This document shows positions 10,910 through 22,636 of a stretch of DNA of 64,000 nucleotides, in pieces. The position numbers and the translations under genes are program-made. Source of the DNA: Azolla caroliniana (lineage: Eukaryota > Plantae > Polypodiophyta); assembly GCA_043228905.1 (NCBI GenBank), contig JBHGNT010000015.1, positions 6,944,001-7,008,000 of the forward strand, given 5' to 3'. Within the stretch, counting starts at the first letter, position 1. Each line of letters begins with the position of its first letter. The notes beneath the pieces were generated by a model. The model searched no databases. It saw nothing but the letters and a program-made list of their open reading frames with translations, and had not been told where the DNA came from.

Positions 10910-13900
10910 TGTCGCGTTGTTACGCGCGTACGTGTAGAAAGGGGCGGGACCCCGGGGGTCTTGGACCGAGGAGTGAGAGAGAGAGAGACAGAGAGAGAGA
11001 TTCACAGACACATAGAAGCGAGAAAGAGAGATATAGAACGTAACACTTAATTACAACGACAAGAGATTACAAACTCCGACGGTCACAACCGACAAGGCGA
11101 CGACGAACCCGACACGGGGACCCTACTCACGCACCCCGACGACAGTCACACGACTCCCAAAAACAAAGGGGGGGAAAGAAAGACTCTGTTGGAGGCACAC
11201 GGGCTGTCCCCGAAGCAGAGGTAGCGAACTCCCACAGGCGGCCGCAGAGAACGACGGCTGGAGGAGAAGAGAGAGAGCTCGGCCCTCCGTTCTGCAGCAG
11301 CGCTTCCTTCCTCCTCGCACGCGATCCCCCCTCCTTTCTCCTCGTTCCCCCTTTATTCCCTGTCCCTCTCGCTTTATTCCTTGTCCCTCTGATAGGGATA
11401 CGCACAATCCCCCTCTAATAAATGCGCGCGGCTTAGTATTTACATCCACCGGTTCGTGTACAAAATATCAAGTCACGCGTCCATCCGTGTAAGGGCCGGT
11501 TTATGCGTTTTCTCTCCGATTCTGCCTATGGCCGGTTTTCTTCACGACATCCACCCCCACTAAACCGCGCATCCACCGGTATGCGACAGAGATGGGTAGA
11601 TATCGAAGAAACCCAGCCTCACTCGTTGCTCTCCGATTCTCCGCCGGACCCGAACTGATTGTCGTTGTCGCTCCCGCTCGCAAGATCCGGCTCGTCTTCG
11701 AACCGCTTTTTGAAAGCTTTGATCCGCTTTCCGGCCATCGGCACCGCTAACCGTGTCCCGTTGAGTTCCGCGAGGTGGTACGCGCCGTTGCCGTTTGCGC
11801 TCGTCACCATGTAGAGCCCGAACCATCTCCTAGCAAAATTTCACACCGCCTTGTGCTGATTGTCGAGGCTGCTGTCGTATACCAAGACCCAGTCGCCTTC
11901 CTCGATCTTCTTTGGTCGCAACCGGTGCGTCTGGTTGAACCGAGTCTTGTTCCTCTCCCTTGCCGCTCGTAGCTTTTCCTTCGCCTTTATCACGTCCTCC
12001 GGCCTCCGCTCAAGTTGCCGAATCCGCGCCGCTAGCAACTCCTCCCGACTCATTTCGTCCTTCCAATCTACCGCCTCCCATGAAGAAACCGTCCGTTCCA
12101 CCGGCATGATCGGCTTTTGTCCGTACATTAGCTCCGCCGGCATAAAACCTGTCACCGAACTGTGCGTAGTCCGGTCCGCCCATAGCGCGTAAGGAAGGAG
12201 TCGCGGCCAATTCCCGACCTGCCCACCGCATGCACACACCAACGCCTTTACAATCGGTCTGTGCCCACGTTCCACCTTTCTGTTCGCCTCCGGATTGTAC
12301 GCCGTGGTGAGGGAGAGTTTGACGCCTAGCCGGTCGAACAGCTCCTCGGCCTCCCGCACATCCAGCTCTCCCTGGTCCGCCACGATCCGCCCGACGCACC
12401 CGTACCGACACACTACTTCTTCGATCAGGAACCAGCATACCGCCGCGGTTGTCTTGCTTTGCAGTGCACGGCCTTCCACTTGGTTCGTTAAGTCTTCCTG
12501 TGCAAGCACCAGGTATCACATCTGTCCTACCCCCATCGGCATCGTCACCAAGTCCACCATCCACTTGAAATGGACCGTAGGCGGGTAGGTCGGGTGTAGC
12601 TTGTCCCGGTGTCGGACTATGGAGTGCACCTGACAACTTTCGCAAGTCGTTACGAACCGATGCACGTCCTGGTATAGCCCCGGCCACCAATACTTCTCCT
12701 TCAGCTTCTCGAATGTGGCCCACGTTTCGCGGTGTCCGGCCCATGGGCTCTTGTGGAATGCCGCCAGTAGTTTCCCTTGTTCTTCATTCTTTGCCACTAC
12801 TCGGAGTGGGATGCCGCTTCTCTTCTTTGGGTGCTTCCATATGCACCCGTCCCGCAGGAAGAATCGGTATGCCTTCCTCCGTATCCGGCTCGCCTCCTCT
12901 CTCGCCCATGTTGCGTCCGGCGTCATCACCCGTAGGAACCTCCTGATTTGGAGCCACTCCCCATCATACCTGCTTTCGTCAAATTCGTTAAGCGCCGGAG
13001 TGTTCCCTTTCCTCGTCGTTACGTTAGCCGACCCGAAGAAGTCCTCGCCGACTTCTTCGTCTTCCGAAACCATGCCGTCTTCGTCGTTGAACCTTGCCCT
13101 TGAAAGCATGTCGGCCATGGCGTTGTCCTTTCTGGAGATTTGCCGTATCTCCAGGTTCAGGGACTTAATGTACGCTATCCACCGGAGCATTGCTAGGTCC
13201 GGCGTCGCGCATCCGGAAACCATGCCGAGTATCGGCAAGCAGTCCGTCTTGATAATCACCTCCGTCCCGATCAGATAATCCTTGTCGGCCTTGACTGCTC
13301 AAACGACACCCCAAAGTTCGTGCTTAACTTGGGCGTACCCTCGTTGCCGCTCGCTCAATACCTTTTCCCTGAACTGGATCGGGAATCGTACGCCGCCCTT
13401 GTCCTCCTGACTGATTACCCACCCGATCCCAGTCGGGCTGGTGTCCACCGTTACGCAGATGGGAACATCTTTGCCGTAAACCGCTTTACGGAGAGCCGGC
13501 GCTGCCGTAAGCGCCTCTTTTAGTCTCCGAACCGACTCTGTGTGCTTCGTCCTCCACTCAAAGCTACGCCCCTTTTTCAATAGTCCGTAGAGGGGTTCCG
13601 CGACATGTGCGTAGTGCGGGATCTAGATGTGGTAGAACGCGCATGCCCCCAAGAATATGCGGACCTCCGTGACCGACCCGCAATCGTTCCTCATCGCGGA
13701 GATGGCCTCTACCTTTGCCGGAGACGGTTTCCTACCGTAGGGCCCGCACAGGTGTCCGACCACCAAGATCTCCGATTGTCCGAAGGCCGACTTTTCCCCG
13801 GAGAAGGTGAGCCTCGCGCGCTCTAGTCTCTGCAACACCTTCTCCCAGTCATCGATGTGGGATGCCACGAAATTCCGACATCCGTCCGGCCCGATTGCCT

Positions 13901-14250
13901 CGTCCCTTTTCTCCATCGGGCATCCCTTGATCGGGATGTCGTCTAAGAAGGGCATGGTGATGTCCGGGATACAATCCCTGAGCACTTTGTTCATCGCGTT
14001 CACCATGTGAGCCACTGAGTTTGTCCCTCCTTGTGGCAGGGTACACATCCGCACTAGGCCGAGAGGAGTCCGCATCGTCGTAATGTCTCTGCTCTCCACG
14101 GCTAGTTGGAACTAGTCGTACCCTGAGTATAGATCACTGACAGAATAGATCGACCTTCCAGCGAAGGCCTCCGCGAACTCGTCTATGGTCGGTCCGATCC
14201 CTGCATTACGGATGGTCACCTTGTTGACCGGTTGTAGGTCCTGGATGAAG
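10910..14250 (-). mobile_element. 3' half of a non-chromovirus gypsy element (RT-RH-IN, PPT, 3' LTR 10910-11549)
   Basis: LPQGGTNSVAH..PFLDD RT, TVDTS RNase H, WMVDL..YNPEAN integrase. LTR has TGTCG...CGACA termini. Same family as 15011-22229. Confidence 0.9.
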
Positions 14251-15010
14251 CACAATTGGTTGGTAGACATAGTGGTTATGCCAATGGGATTGTGGCAAAT
14301 GAGATACCTAGTGCTAGCAAGAGAGGATCTCACCAACCAAGTAGAAGGTCGGGCACTAAGGAATAAAACAACTTTGGCAGTTTGCAAGTTTCTCCTTGAA
14401 GATGTTATTTGTCGATATGGATTTGTCGGCAAAATAGTAGCCGATACAGGAGAATTAAATGCAAATGAAGCTAAAGATTTTTTCTCAAGGATAGGCATCA
14501 AATTATCACTTACCAGGGCATACAACCCGGAGGCAAATGGAAAGGTGGAGCAGGGACATAGCCCGATTTTAAAAGCTCTAACAAAGGCTTGTGATGGGAA
14601 GATGGGGGACTGGCCACGATTATTACCATATGCATTGTGGGCTGATAGAACTACACATAACACGACTACAGAATATATGTCGGAGAGCTCATATTAGGGC
14701 AAAAACCAATCATTCCTATTGAGCAAAGTGTTACCTCATGGACGGCTTTGCCATGGCAAGAGGAGATTAGTCGAGAAGACTTGCTAGCTACAAGGATCCA
14801 ACAATTAGAACAGAGACCCAAAGATGTCGAGTTAGCAATAGAACAGTTACGTGAGGCTCAATTGAGCAGCATCGAGAATTTTGATAAAAAGCATCGTCTT
14901 CTTCTAAGAAAAATTGAAGAAGGAGATTGGGTACTTGTCTATGATAGCAGCCTTGCTAATCAACATAGCACTACTTGCAAGTTCGTGAAATGATGGTTTG
15001 GCCTATACGT

Positions 15011-18000
15011 TGTCGCAGTGTAATTCGCACACTACGTGAAAAATTAAATTTTTGGTCTCTCCGGATAGGACATGGAGTACCCGGTAAGAACCGGACAAAG
15101 AAAACTAGCAAGCATCGGATGAAGCAGAACCGGAAAGAGCCGGATGAAGAAGGCGGGGGAGAGTCTCTCACCGGATGAAGAGACATATTTGTAAATAGAA
15201 GAAAGAATAAAAATATATATATTACATGCATAGGGCAAGATTCGAACCTTGCACCTCCATGTTAATAATGTTAAGCCTTATCATTATACTAGCGTATTAT
15301 GAATTTTAAAGTTATACTAAACTTTATCCCATGTAAAATTTCTAGACATGCATGGTACAAAAAGTTATTCATACATAGACACTTGAATTAGAAGAAAAGA
15401 TGAGATAAAAAGCTAATCATGCACATGTAGTGTGCATGAAAACTAAAGATAGGAAAAGCATGATGCTTGCATGTGATAAACTTAGACTCTTCCAACACTA
15501 TATAAGGAAGGGAGAAAGATGTATAGAGTTGTTGATTATTTTACAAGGGTTGATTAATCTAATATATTCGTGGGATTCACGATTTTTTTCCATCTATTTC
15601 TCTTTTACATTCTAAGTATCAATTAATACACTATACTCGTGGGATTCACGAGGTTCATATCTTCTTTCAAATATTTCTCTTTCTTGCAATCGATTCATAA
15701 GTAGCCTTATCTCATATTCTTCTTTCTCCTAGTCCAAAACCTCAGCGATTCCCACCCGACTCACGCAACGATCTGGAGCCGAAAGGCACGACACAAGTGG
15801 TGAACCCGACGTGAACACGGGTGGCAAGGAGATGGAAAATCAACCGGAGGCTAACAACATGATGATGATGTTCGAGCGGATGCTTCAGGAACAACGTGCG
15901 ATGTCGGAGATAGTGGCGGCAGTAGAGTGGCTCGTGCACCTGATCGGGCAATTCAACGGAAAGGACGTATCGCACTATCTTCAGGACTACAAGGCAGAAA
16001 TGCTACGGTGCGGGATTTTGGAAGGACTGCAAGTGGCATCCTTCAACCGGGTGGCTACCGACGGGCTTCAAGCAAGTATCCATGGGCTACGACAACAAAA
16101 TCCGACGTGGGAAGCATTTGAAGAGGCGCTAAAGACCACGTTCGCTATTGAGGACTCCTCCAAGGCAACGCGGAGAGGATTCGAGGATTGGGTAGAAACG
16201 CCGGACAAGGGGATGAAGGTCCTCGATGTGTTTTAGGCATTTGAAAGTCGGTTCGGGAGGTTGTCTGCAAGAGATCAAGCTATCCTCGCATCGGACAAAG
16301 TTATCATGTTCTTACGAGCCGTAGAAGTTCGGGACCAGAAGGATCTTGGAGTGCTTCTAGAGGACACGACTACCGAGAGCGGCCTCACCGAAACATGGCA
16401 AAGCGTGTGGGATATCGTCCCGCGATACACAAAGAGGGGGCAATGGCTTGCCAACGAAGAAAACAGGGTTTCGGAACCGATTCTGAAACCGAGATCCTGA
16501 TCGGAAGACCATCAACCGCGGGCTCGGAAAGCTACGACTGAGAAAGGAATGGACACAACTACGGTGGAGCAGTTGCTGAAGGAGATGGAGAATCTAAAAA
16601 TCGCAATGGTGAAGAAGCCGGATGACCGTCCCACAAGTTCCAAGTATATGGACCGTTGATGCATATGGTGCAATAGCATCGAACATGATCGGAGGGATTG
16701 GGACGAGCACAAGGAGGCGTTACGACGGGATCTTATCTACTACGAGGGAAATCGGATTCATTCGATGGACTCTCGGAAGCCACTCCGACCGAACTTCCGG
16801 AAAGGCGGCATGAAGAAGGTCCTAGAGGAGGAAATAGCGGCAAAGAACAATTACGCGACAACCGTGGGAATACGTGTTCGGGAGTCATTTTTGGCCGGAA
16901 GTGCTAGAAAACATCGAGAAAACCGAATCTAACGAGATCTGAAGCACCACGGAAGGCATCCGGGAAGCTACGGGATGGGAGTGCCCCGTCGATAAGAATA
17001 GCGTGTTTGCTTTATGCCAATTGCATGAAGTGTATGTAGATGAGAAGCGATGGCGCACGGATGAGGTGGCCGGTCCATCGAAGACACCGGAAAGCTGGAA
17101 CTCCGGAGGTAAGGGAAAAGAAAAGATGATTCCGGCATTCAAGCTCGCCTCGAACATCGAACTACAAACGGACTTGAAAAAGGTGTTCGAGGAGAGAATC
17201 CTCGATAGCCGGGTAGATTTTTCGCTTTGAGAAATACTCGGAATAGCGAAGAAGGAGTTCTATGATCTTCTTGTGGATCTCGTGAAGAGAAAAAGGCAAA
17301 GTACGGAGGAGAACGCTCCAAGGGTGAATGCAAATACCATTCTAATGAATGACACCGAATTGGAGGATGAAATACCGAATTCTCACTACACAAAGCCACA
17401 CTGGGCACGCGCAACTACGAAGACTCCGGTCCGAATCGGTAACATCAAAGAACCTGTGCTAGCATTGATTGATCACGGATCGGAGATCAACTTGATGTCC
17501 AAGGAATTCTACCGGAAGGGTAAGTGGCCTATTAACACGAATCATGGGTGGAAGATCCGGGCGGCCACTAAAGCAACGGAAGATCTATTTGCGGCTTGTC
17601 CGGATGTGAGGGTGAAGATCGGGGATGTCGAGATCGACCAAAATTTCTTTGTACAAGACGAGGTCTCACACTCCGTGATCCTCGGGCAACCTTTTATCAC
17701 AGCATCACGGATGGAGACGAAGGTGCTCGATAGCGGTGTGGCTTTTGCGCGAATTCGGAGCCAAAACGGAGGGAAGTCCGTCCAATTGCTAACGGTGCCG
17801 GCAAATCATGAAAGGAACAAGAGAGAGCTCTTGTCACAAACAAGAATGGATTTTTAGAGCGGACTGTTGCAGAGTGGGGAAGTGATAATTCGAGAAGCCC
17901 TGATACCCCACACAGGAAGAAACCTCTTGGTGCAAAACAAGTACGAATCGGTCTGGATGGGGCATCCACGTACACGGCCGTGACCGGAGGAATGAGGAAA

Positions 18001-21000
18001 GAATACCGAAAAGTAGAGGATAAGTTACGGTCGACATCAATAATAAAAGAAGACGAAGAAATCGTGGGAATAGTCGAAGAGGTGTTCTATGGGAGCACAC
18101 TACAACGGCTTGAAGAGCTCACGGAAGATACAAGCCAGGGAAACCGGGTAATTCCAGTGGAGTCGGTCGAGATGTACGAGATCATTGTGAAAATGGGGCC
18201 GGATGCGCTCCGCAAAGAAGAAGCAATGGTAAGTACGAAATACAAGACCGTGGAGAAGAAAGTGAAACTGGCCGCGGGATCGTTACCCGCAGATAGCGAA
18301 CAAAAGAGGAAAGAAGTCTCAGGGGATCCGACACTTCGGAAGTCCATGGATATCGGACATGCCTTCACAGATGAGACCCGGAAGAAACTTCGGATCGGTG
18401 GAGGTGGGTTCCTATTAAAGAATGAAGAAGAACGATTCCGTGGGATGCTAGAGCGACATGGGAGAGCATTTGCATTTACATCGAAAGAAATAGGATGCGT
18501 TGACCCGAAGATAGTGGAGCCGATGGTGATCTTCACGATTGACCATGTGCCGTGGAACCTGAAGCCGATTCCGGTGACAGGGGCGCATATTCCGAAAATC
18601 ATCGACTTGCTCAAGGAGAAGGTCGCAATGGGGATTCTAGAGCCATCAAATGCTCCGTACTCAAATCGATGGTTTACGGTTTCGAAGAAGAATGGGTCAC
18701 TCTGATTTATTCCAGATTTGCAACCGGTGAACAAGGTCACGATCCGGAACTCCGGAGTCGGTCCGATAGTGGACGAATTTGCGGAAGCATTTGCCGGTCA
18801 CGCGATATACTCCATCGGAGACCTATACTCCGGATATGACCAATTCCAACTAGCTGTGAAGAGCTGAGACATCACTACCATGCGGACACCGATAGGATTA
18901 GTCCGGATGTGTACGCTACCACAAGGCGCGATGAACTCGGTCGCACATATGATGAATGCAATGAACAAGGTGCTTCGAGACTGCATTCCGGAGATAACGA
19001 TGCCGTTCCTAGATGACATTCCAATGAAAGGATGCGCGGTAGAAGAAAAAGATGAAACTATGGATGATCGGGGATGCTGAAAGTTTGTAGTCGACCATAT
19101 TCGTGATTGTGAGAAAGTGTTACGAAAGTTAGAAGATGTGCATCTAACACTTTTCGGAGAGAAATCGGCATTCGGACAAGAAGAAATATTGGTAGTCGGA
19201 CATCTATGTGGGCCCTATGGCCGAAGACCATCACCAACCAAGATCGATGTGATTCAAGCTATGAAAGAAGTATGTGAGTCACAATCCGAAGTTCGAAGGT
19301 TTCTTGGAGCATGTGCATTCTACCACATATCGATTCCGCACTTTGCACATATAGTGGACCCACTCTATCACTTGTTGCAGAAGGGTAAGAAGTTTGAATG
19401 GAAACCAGAGCATACCAAAGCCGTGAAGAAGCTCAAGAAATCACTACAGAGGGCAGAAGCACTAAAGAAGCCGAACTATGACCAACCGATCATAGTAACG
19501 GTTGACACAAGTCCAACCGGAATCGGATGGGTCATCAATCAAGCCAATCCGGAAGGTTCACGATATCCGATCCGATTCGGAGCAAAGGTTCTTAACGAAA
19601 GGCAATGCGGATATGCACAAGTTAAAAGAGAATTATGGGGAGTCGTGTCGGCAATCAAATCGGATCGAGATTATTTGATCGGAGCCGAAGTAGTGATCGA
19701 AACAGATTGTCTTCCGATACTCGGGATGATGCGGTGTTGCACGATACCAGATGTGGCTATGCTAAGATGGATTGCATATGTTAAGTCACTTAATCCAGAG
19801 GTAAGACACATCTCCGGAAAAGACAACGTTGTAGTGGATATGCTATCAAGGGCGCGGTTCGGAGATGACATAACCGAATCCGATAATGAAGAAGTTTCCG
19901 AAGACTACTTTGCTTCGGAGCACATATGCCGGGTGGACATAATCCAAGAATTCTGGGAAGAAGAATACAAGGGAGAAAGCTTATTGATCGGGAAAATGCT
20001 ACGAGAAATCGACGAATCATCGGACAATAAAGAGAAGAGAGCCGAGATCCGAAGTAAGAAACGGCAAGTCTGAAAGTTCTTCTTGAAAAATGGATTTTTA
20101 TGGAGGGAGCCGAAAAGACCGGGTGGCATACCACTTCGAGTAGTCGGGACAAAAGAGCAACAAAACCAGGTAATGTCCGAATTTCACGAATCTAATTGGG
20201 CTGAACATTGGGGAACATGGGCAACATTTGGGAAGATCAAGCAAAGATATTGGTGGAAGAATATGTACGAAGATGTCGCGGAGTTCACAGAAAGCTGCGA
20301 GAAGTGTCAAATCTACTCCAGAGTTTGACATCGAGATGAGTTACATCTGACATTCTCACCGACAATCAACTTCAAATGGATGGTCGACATTGTAGCCATG
20401 CCAACTAGGATCGGACAAAAGAAGTACTTGGTGTTAGCTCGGGAAGATCTCACAAACCAAGTAGAAGGTCGGGCGCTACGGAGGAAAACGTGTTCTACGG
20501 TATGCCAATTCCTTTTGGAAGAAGTGTTTTGCAGGTACGGGTGCGTAGGACAAGTGATTGCGGATCGGGGAGAACTCGACTCTGATAAAGCTAAGGAATT
20601 CTTCACTAAACATGGAGTTCGGTTAACACTGACAACGACATACAATCCGGAAGCCAACGGGAAGATCGAACGAGGACATAGTCCGATTGTCAAAGCACTT
20701 GCGAATGCATGCGATGGAAGGGTGAAGGATTGGCCGCATATGCTTCCGTATGCACTATGGGCGGATCGGACGACGCATAGCTCCGTAACCGGTTACATGC
20801 CGGCAGAACTCATGACCGGACAAGCACCGGTAATGCCGACAGAAACCGCAATCGCGACATGGACAATGCTACCATGGAAGGAAGAGATGAGCCGGGAAGA
20901 ACTACTAGCGGTCCGGATACGACAATTGGAGGGAAGACCGGAACACATAACGGAAGCAATACGCAGACAACAAGAAGCGCGATTCCGGAATAAAAGTCGG

Positions 21001-22229
21001 TTCGACACAAAGCACCGACTACGACCGCGGAAGATTGAAGAAGGAGATTGGGTGATTGTCTACGACAGTAGTTTGGATCATCAACATACAACGATGTGGA
21101 AGTTCACGAAAAGGTGGTTCGGGCCATATGAGGTTCGGAAAGTTTTCGATAACGGAACTTACCGACTATGCGAGTTTGATGGAACGATGCTATGAGTGCC
21201 TATAGCCGGGAAACGGGTGAAGATTTTCAAGAAGTGGACTGATGAAGAACCCTATGTGATCCTAGACAAGACCGACAAGAAGGAGCAATCGGACGAAGAT
21301 CGCGGTGATGCGGAAAGCGAGGAAAGTGGATTACAACTCATAGTCGACTTAAGGGGAGAATTGGAGGAAGCTTCGGATGAAGGTGAATAGCAAGCATCGG
21401 GGACTTCGGCACATACCGGAGGATGTGCGGGTTCGGAGGGGGCGAGTGTCGCAGTGTAATTCGTACACCACGTGAAAAATTACATTTTTGGTCTCTCCGG
21501 ATAGGAAATGGAGTACCCGGTAAGAACCGGACAAAGAAAACTAGCAAGCACCGGATGAAGCAGAACCGGAAAGAGCCGGATGAAGAAGGCCGGGGAGAGT
21601 CTCTCACCGAATGAAGAGACATATTTGTAAATAGAAGAAAGTATAAAAATATATATATTACATGCATAGGGCAAGATTCGAACCTTGCACCTCCATGTTA
21701 ATAATGTTAAGCCTTATCATTATACAAGCGTATTATGAATTTTAAAGTTATACTAAACTTTATCCCATGTAAAATTTCTAGACATGCATGGTACAAAAAG
21801 TTATTCATGCATAGACACTTGAATTAGAAGAAAAGATGAGATAAAAAGCTAATCATGCACATGCAGTGTGCATGAAAACTAAAGATAGGAAAAGCATGAT
21901 GCTTGCATGTGATAAACTTAGACTCTTCCAACACTATATAAAGAAGGGAGAAATATGTATAGAGTTGTTGATTATTTTACAAGGGTTGATTAATCTAATA
22001 TATTCGTGGGATTCACAATTTTTTTCCATCTATTTCTCTCTTACATTCTAAGTATCAATTAATACACTATACTCGTGGGATTCACGAGGTTCATATCTTC
22101 TTTCAAATATTTCTCTTTCTTGCAATCGATTCATAAGTAGCCTTATCTCATTTTCTTCTTTCTCCTAGTCCAAAACCTCAGCGGCTCCCACCCGACTCAC
22201 GCAACGATCCGGAGCCGAAAGGCACGACA
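15011..22229 (+). mobile_element. Full-length degenerate non-chromovirus Ty3/gypsy element, tRNA-Trp primed (possibly Phygy/Ylt1-like)
   Basis: About 780-bp LTRs (15011-15792 and 21447-22229) with TGTCG...CGACA ends. 4-bp TSD ACGT. PBS TGGTGAACCCGACGTGA complementary to the plant tRNA-Trp 3' end. ALIDHGSE protease, PFLDD RT, many stops. Clade name tentative. Confidence 0.93.
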
Positions 22230-22636
22230 ACGTGGTTAAGGAAATAGAAACCAATGCAACCTATTTTCTAGCGGAGTTAGATGGAACTCGACTTGCTTTG
22301 CCGATTGCAGGGAAGAGAATCAAGATCTTTAAGTGAAGAGAGACCAAAAATCTTGAAATCGAACCTCTAGACTTCTAGGTTTAAAAAGAATAAGCAATAG
22401 CAGCTAACAATCATTGGCATATACCAGAGGATGTGCAGGTTTGGTGAGGTTGGATGTCGTTATGTTTTCGACACATAGTGTGAAACCACCCTCAAAAGAG
22501 AATAAAATAGTGGTCCAAATAAACTAATTTTCTTAAGTCAACTATAGTAATAAATGAAAGGATAAAAAGTTAGAAGAGGTTTTCGAAAGTAGACAACAAT
22601 AGAGAAAAAGATTGCAAAAGAAAAGCTAGTTGTGGA

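Noticed and set aside
15205-15295. Bona fide tRNA genes in LTRs (also 2390-2455)
   Set aside because: A/B boxes are present but there is no convincing acceptor and anticodon stem; kept only as tRNA-like promoter cassettes.
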